From assembly GCF_964355755.1 (NCBI RefSeq), contig NC_092677.1, positions 8,950,101 to 9,014,100 of the forward strand: DNA of 64,000 nucleotides. Direction: 5' to 3'. This DNA is from Antedon mediterranea (Eukaryota; Animalia; Echinodermata). Shown in pieces: positions 45,301-57,600 of the stretch. The translations under genes and the position numbers were made by a program. Under the pieces are notes generated by a model, which had not been told where the DNA came from, searched no databases, and saw nothing but the letters and a program-made list of their open reading frames with translations. Numbering within the stretch: the first letter of the stretch is position 1; every line of letters starts with the position of its first letter.

Positions 45301-48300
45301 ATATGTGTCCAAAGGGTCACTACTGCCCAGGTAACTCACCAGTTCCTGTCAGATGTGACAATGGTTATTATCAGAATGATATTGGACAATCAGAATGCAA
45401 AGAATGTGAAGAAGGTAAAGGTTGTGTGTTCTTAGATAATTTTATAAACAAATATTAATTTAAAAAAATTAAATCTACTCAAAAAAATTAATAAAATCTT
45501 TTGTGCTCTTGATCAGAAGAATAAACTTAATGAACTCTTTTAAAATTAACTGTTGTCATTTTTTCCAATACAGGCTACTTCTGTGATAACACTGCTGCCC
45601 CTGTGACTGGTTTGTTCAACACGTCATGCCCTAGTGGTTATTACTGTCCATCACGTACAGAGTATGCTAATCAGTACCCATGTCCATCTGGTACCTTCAA
45701 CAATCTAACCAACTCTGTGAATGACACCAGCTGTTTAGGCTGCTTACCTAAATACTACTGTAACTCACCTGGACTGAGTGCCCCTGAAGGGGAATGTTAT
45801 GCTGGGTATGTTGAAAATCCGCACTAGAGTACAAAAGTCTTCACTTACTGATTGGAATAAACTGGCTAATTGTTGTTAAATGTATGTAATTATTTATGTA
45901 AAGTGAGTCTTGTGAATTCACTATTTCATACCCAACGAGTAACATTTTTTTTTTCATTAAGCTATTACTGTGAAGGAGGTGACTCAACCCCTACACCATC
46001 TGAGTCTGAGTGTCCAATTGGTAACTACTGTCCTGAAGGTAGCTACAAACCTACTCCATGTCCATCCGGAAGTATTTCCAGTGGTACGAGGAATACCAAT
46101 GTAAGTGATTGCGAACCATGTGCTCCCGGACAATACTGCACTGCTGAGAGTTCTGAAACTGGTAATTATTTTTATATTTTGCAAAAAATTGACCAAATTA
46201 AGAAAATGTTACATACAGTATACAGTAAAACCCTTAATTTAAGGGACACCTTCAAAACCCAACAAAGTGTCCACTTAAGAGGGTGCAGTAGTGTTAAAAC
46301 ATAGTATGTTGCCCATTTGTTTCACTAGAGGTAAGATAAGATAAGATAAGATAACTTTTATTGATCCTCAAAAAGGAAATTCATTGCTCGTCATAATAAC
46401 AAGAAAACACAATAAAAACAAATATAGCATAAAACCATTCATATAAAAACATCAAAAAATACAAGATAAAATTATCTTCTTGACTTTCTGTTGTACTGGA
46501 TGATACCAGAGGGAATAAAGGATTTGGCATATCGATTTGTTTTCACACTGAGGAGCCTCAATCTACCACTTGGATTAAGTTGGTCTATGATCACTTTGTG
46601 GAGAGGATGAGAGGCATCCGACTCAATGCGTTCAAAATCCCAAAGAAGGGGTTCTGCATTTATATTTATTACTTTTATGCCTGTCTGATTTTTAACTTCT
46701 TCACATTTTTCTGTAATCAGGAGTAACCCTTGATTGCGATCCTGGATACATCTGCATTTCTGGTTCTGACACAGCTACACCTGGAGATGGGGTCAAAGGT
46801 TATGTGTGCCCTGAGGGACATTACTGTGAGACGGCTGCTATTCAGGAATCGCCCTGTGATAAGGGAACTTATGCACCAAGCCCTGGTCTTGGAGCATGTC
46901 TGTTGTGTCCAAATGGTATGTAATTCAGGCTATATAAAACTATCTTTTTGCCGTCACTTCTAAACATACAATAACAGTATAAAACTTCTTAACTGTATGT
47001 TTTTAAAAGTCATATTAATAGTAATGCTAGTTTTTTGTTTTGCTGTGTGGATTGAATTTAGAGTCAATTACATCTTCAAAATGTATTCATAAAGAGTTTT
47101 TGTCATTGATATACTAAAATAAAATTGCATATATTTTCTTATATTAATCAGGTACTACATGCCCAGAAAAAGGAATGAATGAAACTATTCCATGCCCAGA
47201 AGGTTACTATTGCATCTCAGGAACCACTGATAATGGACAGCCTTGTCCTCCAGGTAAGCAGTAAACCAGTAGTACCATTTTATTTTATACTGAACCTTCT
47301 CTAGCCAGAAAAAGTAGTAGCTTAAGTATATAGAAAACAAGATATGGTTTGTCTATAATTATACAAATGCCAATTGTTCATTGTACAGACAATATTTATT
47401 TCATTCATGTTTTTTTTTGTAAAGGTACATTCAGTGATCAAACTAGCTTGGATGAGGAGTCTCAATGCCAACCATGTTTGGGTGGAATGTACTGTGAGAC
47501 TCCAGGTCTTGCATATCCAACTGGAGAATGCTTAGCAGGCTACCTCTGTGTATTAGGTGCGACAGTGTCTGGGCCTGATGATGGTGTTAATGGTCCATGT
47601 CCAGTAGGCCATTACTGTCTGAATGGTAAGTATTATTGCATGTACTTTTTAGGTTATCGCACACAATGAATAATATATCTTAAAAATTCTTATTTAGTTT
47701 TGAGAATAACATTTATTGATCTGTGTTCTACACTGAATTCTGTTTAAACCAAATTTTAATAGTTATTACAAATAATTAAAGAAAAAGTATAATGTTGTTT
47801 AGGTGTGTACTTTATAAGCATTGTTACTTGTGGAAAATGTAAGGTACAATACAATGGTTTATCAATAGCAAGTTTTTTATACTGTATGTTAGGTACCCAG
47901 AATGCAACTGCTTGCCCTGTTGGTACCATGAACCGTAATGAAGGAGGAACATCCATCGAAGACTGCTTGCCGTGCGAAGCTGGTCACTACTGTGAAACCA
48001 CCGGCCTGTCGGAACCAACTGGTGTTTGTAATGCAGGTTACTATTGCCCGAGCTTTGCTGAAATCTACGAACCTGAACCATCAGAATTCCCTTGCCCTGT
48101 TGGCTATTTCTGCGAGAGTAATACAGGAGTGCCCGAGGGATGCAGTCCAGGTATGAATATAACCTACTATTCAAGAACATTTAGCAAATATTTTCCCAGC
48201 TTCATGAGTTTAACTACTTTGAGTTTATGAGATTTCGGGTGTGGTTTTGAAAATACCTTTGTATTGTTGCTATCTGGTCAAAAGCATTTTTAACTACTGT

Positions 48301-51300
48301 AAATAAGCATCAATGAATATTAAAAATAACACCTTACTTTATTATTTACACTCAGTACTTAAAAGTTTTTTAAATTTTATAAAATATTCTTAAAGGTATA
48401 TCATATTATTTTAATCTCCACAGGAACATACCAGCCCAATGAACTATCAACCGACTGTGACCTATGCCCAGTAGGACGGTACTGTATGTACAACACAAGC
48501 GAACCTCAACCCTGTCCTTCATATAACTATTGTCCTGAAGGTGTTATAGCTCCAATACCATGCCCTAATGGCACTTACACTGAAGATGATGTCACTGGCC
48601 TCACTGTTCCTGAGTCGTGTCAACCATGTCCAACAGGTACAAGAAGTCTTAATTATGTAACCATAGCCTAGATTGTAGTAGTGTAGCTTTATTTTCGTAA
48701 TTTAAAGCACAAGATCTGTCTAAACTATAACCTATGAGAAGTAAAGAACGTTCATTCATGTTTTGCATTGAAGCATTATTATTACTCTGCTTTTATTGTA
48801 TTTAAAGGTCGTTATTGTGTTGGTGGTATTGATGCAGGTCCCTGTACAGCTGGTTATATTTGCTATAGTGGATCGGACACTCCAACCCCAGATGGCAGCA
48901 ACAGCATTGTCGGCAAACCATGTCCATTTGGTTATTACTGCGTAGAAGGTAATTGGTTTTAGATGACACAGTCAGAGATTAGAACATGTCACATTTCCTT
49001 ATGTAACAATGTTGATATCTGTACATCTGTGAAATTAGACAAATGTTCTAGTTATCCAATTACTCATTGGTTTATTTTATTTATTTTAGGTGCAAAAAAT
49101 GTATCTATATGTGATCCAGGATTAGTAATCTCATATGAGGGTGCTGGAAATAAAGATGAGTGTGTAGAATGTCCAGCAGGCTATATATGCTCAGACGATA
49201 ATCCTGTTCCTGTACCATGTACTCCAGGTAAGTGGTTATCTTAATCTCATGCATATGAAGGCTATTTATGCTCAGCCGTTCAACAGCAAGTACTTAGCTG
49301 ATAAAATTATTTCAAAATCCTGAAACTGCCACTGTTACAGAATGGTTTTATTTAACATGGAATACAAAAAATGGAAGATGAGCTCATATTGGTGTGGTAC
49401 AGACAATGTTTAAATTTCTTTTTACTATGTATAAATTTTGTTTTCAGGTTACTATTGTGAATCTGCCATTGAGCCAATAGCTTGTCCTAACACAACATAC
49501 TCGTATGAAGCGGCTGCTACAAACGTCAGTACTTGTAAACCATGTCCACCTGGCTTTTGGTGTAATATGGAAGGTGAGACATGCAAATTTGGTGCCTGTA
49601 TCACAAAAGTGGTGCAGAGTCGCAATTCATCTATTCATTAGATTTCCTATTTGCTCCAAAAAATAAAAAATAAAATTTCCTAATGCCTTTATGCAGAATT
49701 TTATTTGTGAATGACAATCAGGGCCCAGTTGGTTGCACTTGCGCTTCTCCTTTTTAACAGCTAAATATAAATTATAAAGTATGATTTTTTTTTATGTCTA
49801 ATTTTGATAGGCTATTAATATTGTATTGTAGCGCACATTTGAAATATCCTGGATCTGCTTTAGATTGTATTGAATATATTTTAATATAAAATAATAATGT
49901 GTTTTTTTTTTAGCTATGACAAATTATACTATCAGTCCATGTCCAATTGCTCACTTCTGTCCAGAAGCAACTGATGAGCCAATTGCTTGTCCACCTGGAA
50001 CTTATCGTGATACACAAGAAGCTGGAGGTATGTATATACTGTAGTATTTTGATTATTGTTGAATTTTTGTTTTAAACTGTTTTAAGATATAAAATTTAAC
50101 TTGTATGCCCCACTGCCCCATTTTACCTTTTATAGAACTTATTTAAAGTTTAAACAATGTAAATGTGCGTGTTACTCTTTGATAATTTTATGATAAAAAC
50201 CCCATTTTTATAGGTCTAATTATTGTATAATGATTTTCATTTATTTTGAAAAATAATTGTATTTAATTGTCCTTCACTCATTTGAACCAATTTATCATTA
50301 CTATAATAACACCAAACCTAACCTACAAGCCAATACAGTATTGAAAAATTCCCTTTTTATTCACAGACCAAGTTGACTGTCACCTATGTCCAGCTGGTCA
50401 CTATTGTCCAAATGATACAGCTAATCACTTTGGCATTGAATGCACAGAGGGTCTGTACTGCCCAGAAGGATCATGGGAAGAACATAATTGCCAACCAGGC
50501 TACTATTGTGAGCTAGCTGAGACGCAGGTAGCATGCCCAGGTGGAAGCTACTGCCCAACTAATTCCAGCACTCCACAACCATGTCCGGCTGGACATTACT
50601 GTGGTGGAGAAGACTGCAATAATACTGTGCCTTGCCCTGGAGCAATAACCCCGAAAAAGTGCCCTCTGGGATACCAACAGATTGACGGTTCTTTGCAAGT
50701 TACGTTTGATGATACTTGTGAAATTTGCCCAGGTGGTCAATATGGAAACGATGATGACCGTCAGTTCTGTGAGATTTGTAGAGCTGGAGTTGTGTGTCTT
50801 GAAGGCGCCATAACAGATCTTCCACATGGAAATGAGACCAACTATGGTGTTACTAAAACCAATTCATTTCCGTGTCCAATTGGTATGTTATAGAAGTGTT
50901 ATTTATTTTTTGGGTGCAAGTGGTATGATTCTTGACATTCTGTTTCTGCTCAATTTATAAATGCACACTGTAAATGATTATAATAATGTTGGATTTATAA
51001 AGGATTTAAACACAGTACATTAGGCGTGTTATGTCAATTGACTCCGTCCCCGAACCGCAGTGTCTCATCCGTCCAATACAAGTAGATTGCACACTTTGTT
51101 TGTGCTTGGTAAGTGAATAGTGTACACTGGGTCTATTATAATTCTACTAGTTGTCCTGTAAGAACCTTGGAGTGAGTTTTTTGCTCACTATCTATTTTGG
51201 TTTTGTGTTTTCTATATCAAGATATAATGAGTTTGTCTAATTTAGTATCACCTTTCTAACTTGAATTTGTTGTAGGCTACTACTGCCCAGCAAACTCCTC

Positions 51301-51664
51301 TGAATCCACTCCTTGTCCAATTGGCACATACAATAACAAAGAGTATGGGATGTCACTTGAAGACTGCCTTGACTGCCCTATCGACCACTTCAACCACCTT
51401 ACTGGGCAAGAAGGCTGCTTTCACTGTGGTAGTGAGGCATACCAATCAAGCAAGGGTCAGTCTGAATGCTTATGTAGTGGAACCGGTAGAGAATTTCAAC
51501 CTAGTGACCGGAAGTGTCCATGTGCTCACGGTTATGAAACGATTCCAGGACGTGAACAAGATTGTGTCAAACATTTGTATGACCTTTGCAGTGAGGGTCA
51601 GACCAGAACACAGGAAGGTGACTGCTTAGATGATGCAGGATGGGTAGATTATTGTACAAACCAG
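349..51664 (+). CDS. Exons 1-95 of the giant gene: Cys-rich GCC2/GCC3 (ephrin-receptor-like) repeat ectodomain, ~6,780 aa
   Basis: Continuous CPxGxYCPxG and CPxGT(Y/F)xxxxG...CxxCxxG motifs across the exons, with many N-glycosylation sequons (FNNLT, NETG, NCT). Most introns are phase 1 and split a Gly codon. Confidence 0.9.
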
Positions 51665-54600
51665 GTAAATGTCAACAATAATTTGTAGTATAAGCAAGCA
51701 CCGCACCATTGCATGTTCAGATTCATCTTGATTCATTCTTTTGTTCTTAAATTTGAATTTCTTAATTAGGGCTGTCTCTCACCGGATAAGTACATTAGTT
51801 ATGACACCACCCTCTCCCTATGCATATGTGAAGTCGATGACTTAGAGGAGATATGTGACCTGGAATGCCGACTGGCTCAGAGGAACACAATCACAATGGT
51901 GTGTGACGATGAACCTTATATAAAAGTGGAATTTACTGACACCGGTGAAACTGTAAATATTCCAGTGTCCAGTCTGACTAAGATTATCAACTCGAGAAAT
52001 ACGCTGACAAGTGATCAGTGTGAAACAAATGATGGAACTGGTGTAACTGTACATCTAATGGAAATGGGAGGTATGAACTAACTTACTTACTTTATTTCTT
52101 GATTTGAGTTGATTTTACTTGGTTGATGGGCTTTCACATACACATAAACTCTGAAATTGAACTGTTTAATGCTTAAATGATCTGGTTTAAGAATCAGTAA
52201 AACTTGGTTGATGGAAATAATGTTTTTTTTTTGTGTATACTTGTGAACTCTACTTAAACATACAGTATTGAACTTTTTTGTATTCACAGACAATGGGTTC
52301 CTTGGTGTGTACACTCCAGACCCAGTACAAACAGCCAATCTATTCCTTGATAATGCAAAGGGTGACATCAACGTTACAGTGCCAGTAAGTAATTCAACAG
52401 TGAGTTCCCGAAGACGTAGAGATGTCAGCAATAGTATGCGCCACCTTCTTGCTGACTCCACCAATTCAGGATCAACATATAGCGGTATTGAGAACCCTAC
52501 AGTCTGTTTGTTGTATGGTGAGACAATGATGTTTAGTGTTGATAATACACATTACCCAGTGTATGATAGGTAAGCTACAACCAACTTTACCACAAAATCC
52601 GAAATGAATTCTATAAATACAGTAATGCAAACATACATTTTTTTCTTTATAATAATCTTAATAATAGGTAGGCTTATGTTGACACGTTACTCACCTATTT
52701 CCACATAACTTCCCCTGACTACAAAGTAATGCACAGTTGTGCAAAATAATTTGATTGAACATATTCTACCTTTTTGTGAAATAACCTAAACGCAAAATAC
52801 ACTGAATTGCTTCACATGTGCGGTATGGGTAACTGCGATCAGTTCTAAATAGAATTAAACGCTCAAAAACACTGGTTCCTTTTCCAATACTAATCATGAT
52901 GTGTGTGTGGTGTGGATAACAATCAGTTCCATGTCGACATAAGCATCTAGTTCCTTTCAGTTGAGTTGAGTTTAAATTTTTTCATTCTCTAAGAAAAAAA
53001 CATTCAATGACAAATAAATATTGCAAACATCTATTTTTTTTTTTTCAGAGAGAATCTTTATAATACTAATGAGCAGTTTGATTATGGTGGTTTCCGTGAA
53101 CTAGAAGAGTTACAAAGTCAGATCGGCACTTCCACTACTCTCTTCTCATATAAATTTGTTGATCCTGGTGTGTATGTCTTCTACATGAGTGACAATCCAA
53201 ACAGAAAAATGGTAAATTTAATTTTATGAATAAGTAGATGTTCTTGTTATCTATTATAATAACTTACCTCACTGTACATTATAACATTAGCATTTATTAC
53301 ACACAATACTGAACTCTCTGAAAACCAGGAAAAAACCTACCAATAACCAGACTTTTCTTGAGGTCCAAAAGATTCTAATTTCAGCTCTAAATATTTGGAA
53401 AACTTACTGTAGATATTTATTATATTTAACGCATCTTTTTTAACAGTATGTGAGAGTGATGGCAGAGAATGCACAGTGTTCTGAAGATGGGCCATTCTTT
53501 CCAACAACTCCGAGATACATCGTACAGAATGGAGTTTCTTTAGAGAGCGACATCCTTCTGACACCAGACTGGATTTTGATCGGCATCATGATGGCTTGTG
53601 TTTTCTTCTTAACAATTCTCCTTATCATTGCTTTAGTAAGTTTAAATTTACAAATTGACAGTAGAGTAGACCCCAACACCATGGGATGACCCAAAAATAT
53701 TAGTGTTCTACTGTATAAGAAATTAACTCCATGTGTTTATTTAAGCTCAGAGGTACAGTTTTTCAGGTGTAACATGTAGTACACTTGTTTACAAAAGTTT
53801 ATTTAATTTAATTTAATCAGGTGTTCTCATTACAATCATCAATCTCCTTTCATATCTATGTTTTATTATACAAACTTCATGTCAAGATTGAATTTTATAA
53901 AATTTATTTTTATTAATCAATAATTATCTCATGTAGATGTTGTTCCGCAAATATGGATGGGAGAAAATCAGTTACATTCGCCCTAAGTACCGTGCTCTCA
54001 TCAAGAACCATGACTTTGATGACTACTCCTCAAAGGGTTCTGCGGTCCATCACGTTAAGAAATACAGTCGCAATCTAGCTGCTCGTAACAACCAGCCTGA
54101 TGGAGCAGAAAATGGAGTTGTGTTGGCTGATGGTGAGAAACTTTTACAAGAGGCATACTTCCCACTTGGATGTAATGCAAGGATGTAAAAATAATTTGAC
54201 TAACCATGACATGATGCATCGTACAAGCTGTTTCTTGTGATTGGGCATTGCATTGTGCCTACATCATTGCATCCAAGTGGGAACCAAGATTTAAGAAATG
54301 TTATTGTCCCTGCTTTACTACAGCTAATTCTATAAACTAATGTTTAGTAAAATTATTTTTACTACTATAAAAAAAAAAAATGTTTTTTACTGTTTATAGA
54401 TGAAGTACGAACAGATGAATTCTGGGATTATGATCGTCAAGTTGATCTAGAGGGCTTTAGTTCTCCTAGATTCTATGATCACCTTGCCAAACAATCTCGA
54501 CATGTGGCCTCAGAACTTGGAAGACAGAAAGAAGAGGTATTTATCATTTTTGATTGCTTCATTTGACACAAGTTCAATGATATTATGAGAAATATAGAAA

Positions 54601-57600
54601 TACCGGTCAAACTTGAAAATTAGTTTAAGGAGTTCCCAACTGTGTGTTCATTATTATTTCTTATAATTCAACATATACATGACTATTTGAATGTTTGAGT
54701 GAATTTGTTCATGTAATGCATTTACAATATGGCTTTATTGATGGATTTTACAGGCCAAAGCATTATACCAAAAGATTAACAACCAAACAGAGTCTCTGAA
54801 AGGATTGTGGGTAGCGAAGATGAATCTCGCTGGAAGATCTACTTTAGCAACAGAAGAGGACTTAGCAGATTATGAGAAAAAGAGTGAAGAGGTATAACTA
54901 ATGCATTTGATCGAGTATAATTTACAGCAGTTAATTTAGGTTGATGATCATTCCTATCAGGTTGATTTACTCATACCATTAGGTCACTTGGGCAACTCTT
55001 TTACAATATATTTTAAACTTAAATAACAGATTTGATTTAAGTTTTGAGATTTGTTTATTCTTTTAGCTAAGTATTGAGCTTGAACGACGAAAAGAGCTTG
55101 GTCTCAGATTTGAGGCTGTCCTGAAGAAGCAGATTGAACTTTTAAAACAGGATGACCAAGGCAGAGAAGAGCACCAGGTATGTTAATGACAAATAATGTA
55201 GTGAACGACCAAATTAAATTGGTTTGAAGACATTCTTATATTATGATGAGTGGCTGTGTGTGTACTAGTACACCGGGGTAACAACCTACTTGTCTCGAAA
55301 TATGTACTAGGTTCTTTATACAGTAGTAATAGTACGAATTTGTAACGCGCCAATTCCAGCAGTAAATGCACACGAGCCAGATGTGTACACTGGACCTACA
55401 GTTTATAGTCCTTATCCGAGAAGATTTGTTTAGACATTTTGTATTTTGTTTTTAAAGGTTGCATTCATGGCCAGTGCACGAGAAGCTATACGTCTTTTGA
55501 ATGAGGGCGCAGAAAAACTTTCAAATGGAACTAGTCCTGAAGAAGAATTTGATAGTAGCATTATTAGAAAGTGAGTGAATTTCTTTAAATTACACTTATT
55601 ACTTGTATAGAAGAACCCTTTGGTGACTATCTAATATTTAACATTAGTAATTGTTTAAATTCATGTGACTTTTATGCATTAAAGGTGTGCATTTTCATTG
55701 ATTTAATGTCATATACAATTACACATAGCTTATCTATTGTATTCCATTTTAAATTTCTAATTCAAATGTTGTACTATAAATATAAAACAACATATATTTT
55801 TTTAACACTTAGCGTTTCTGGACGTGTTGGTGCATTATTGAATAGAATGGCTACAGATGTTGGAAGTGAATGCCAACGTATTGGTGCATGGGGTGTCCTT
55901 GGAGAAGGTACAGGTGCCCAACTTATCAAACCTGGAACAGACACTATACCAATTAACAGAGAAGAATTATTAGGTATGTTATTTATTTTTTTTAATTACT
56001 GTTTATCCAATACAATTTTCTTGTTGTTAAATATATAACGTAAAGTAAAGGCTGCAGTAGTTTACACTAGAAAACATTTGTATTGCTCTCTACTTAGGTC
56101 CTGATGGCAATATCTTATGCCCTGATCTGATACATGTTGACAAATCTACAAACTTGATAGTGCCCAACAGTGAGGCATCAATGATCCTTGCCAATGGAGA
56201 AGTCAATGAAGTGCCACCAGAGTTCTTCCTTCATCCTCAGAATGGACATGTGATGCCCATCCAAGGCAATGTTGCTTATGATCCTGTGTCTTCTAGGCTT
56301 GTCTTTACCATTGATTCTGCAACAGGTGGGTAATGAATTGTGTACATATTTTATATAAGTCGATGATGGTGGTAATAAGTGTGATGGCATCTTATTTTTT
56401 ATAAAATCTTTCAATGGCTGACACCCATCATACTGACTGACAAAACTAATAATTACTAATAGTTTTGATTTTCTAATTGATTTTCATGTCAACTTATTTA
56501 CAATGATTTATTGAGCAGTAGTTTTACAGCATTGTGAATATTTTATAAGCATTTTCCTGGTACAATTAGTACAAAACAAACACAAGGAATTTTGTTAATT
56601 GAACTTTTGTACCCTTTTTTTTAATCATAGGTGAAGCCGTTCGATCTGATGAACCACTGATTCCATTTATACCATTCCCTACTGATCCTAATACTGGACT
56701 TCCAGTTGTGTCCAAGCTGACAAGCACAGAACATAGTACTGACTTGAAATTGAATGGCCCAATGATTGACTCCGAAACAACCCTCAGGTGTCCAATACTT
56801 GCAGTCACGATTCATCCACAGACTGGAGTTGTATACCCTGTTGGAGGTACTCACACTGACCCTGTTACTGGCCTTCCAATTCCGATTGAAGTTGGTTCTG
56901 TGATGATAGATCCAAACAGTGAACAGCCTGTATCAATTCTAAGCATTGGCATTGATCCTGAAACAGGTGATGTCATACCCTTGGGTGGCATGCTTCAACC
57001 AACAGAAAATGAGGCAATGACACCGATGGTCACAGGCTGCAATTATGTTGATCCACTGAGTGGAAAGGTTCTTCAAATTCATGGTGGAAGAATTGAAGGA
57101 GACGATGTAGTTTCAACTGGTGGTGGATATCAAAATCTGTTGGATTGCTCTGTCATGGCATGTGAAATTCATACTTTAGATGCTATTAAGATGTATCTAG
57201 ATGCCATCACTGGAACAGAAGGTGCTAACTGCCGACATGAACAGTCTGTTGTAGAAGGGGCTGTCAAAGAAATGGTAAAAGCAAGAATGAAGGCTAAAGC
57301 AAATGAGCTTCGCACAATTCAGGATGTTGATCGTAGACTTGAAAGAGCTTCAATATTAACTACTAATGGTGGATCCCCTGGTATGTTTGAGTTTGCTGGA
57401 ACTGGCCAACTTCTTCCTATACTAGTTGGAACTACAATTAGAGATCCTAGTGGTTCTGGTCAACAGGTTCCTATTCTTGGAGTTGAAAAAGAGCCATTAA
57501 CAGGAAAACTAATACCACTTGGTGGTACAATGGAAAACCCAGATGGAGTAGGACTCATTCCAATTATGATTGGAAAACCTGCAATCGATCCTGTAACTGA

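Noticed and set aside
349-51664. Dscam-like mutually exclusive exon clusters or a tandem family of small Cys-rich genes
   Set aside because: Consecutive exons continue each other's repeat pattern in frame. I found no adjacent interchangeable duplicates, signal peptides or terminal exons.
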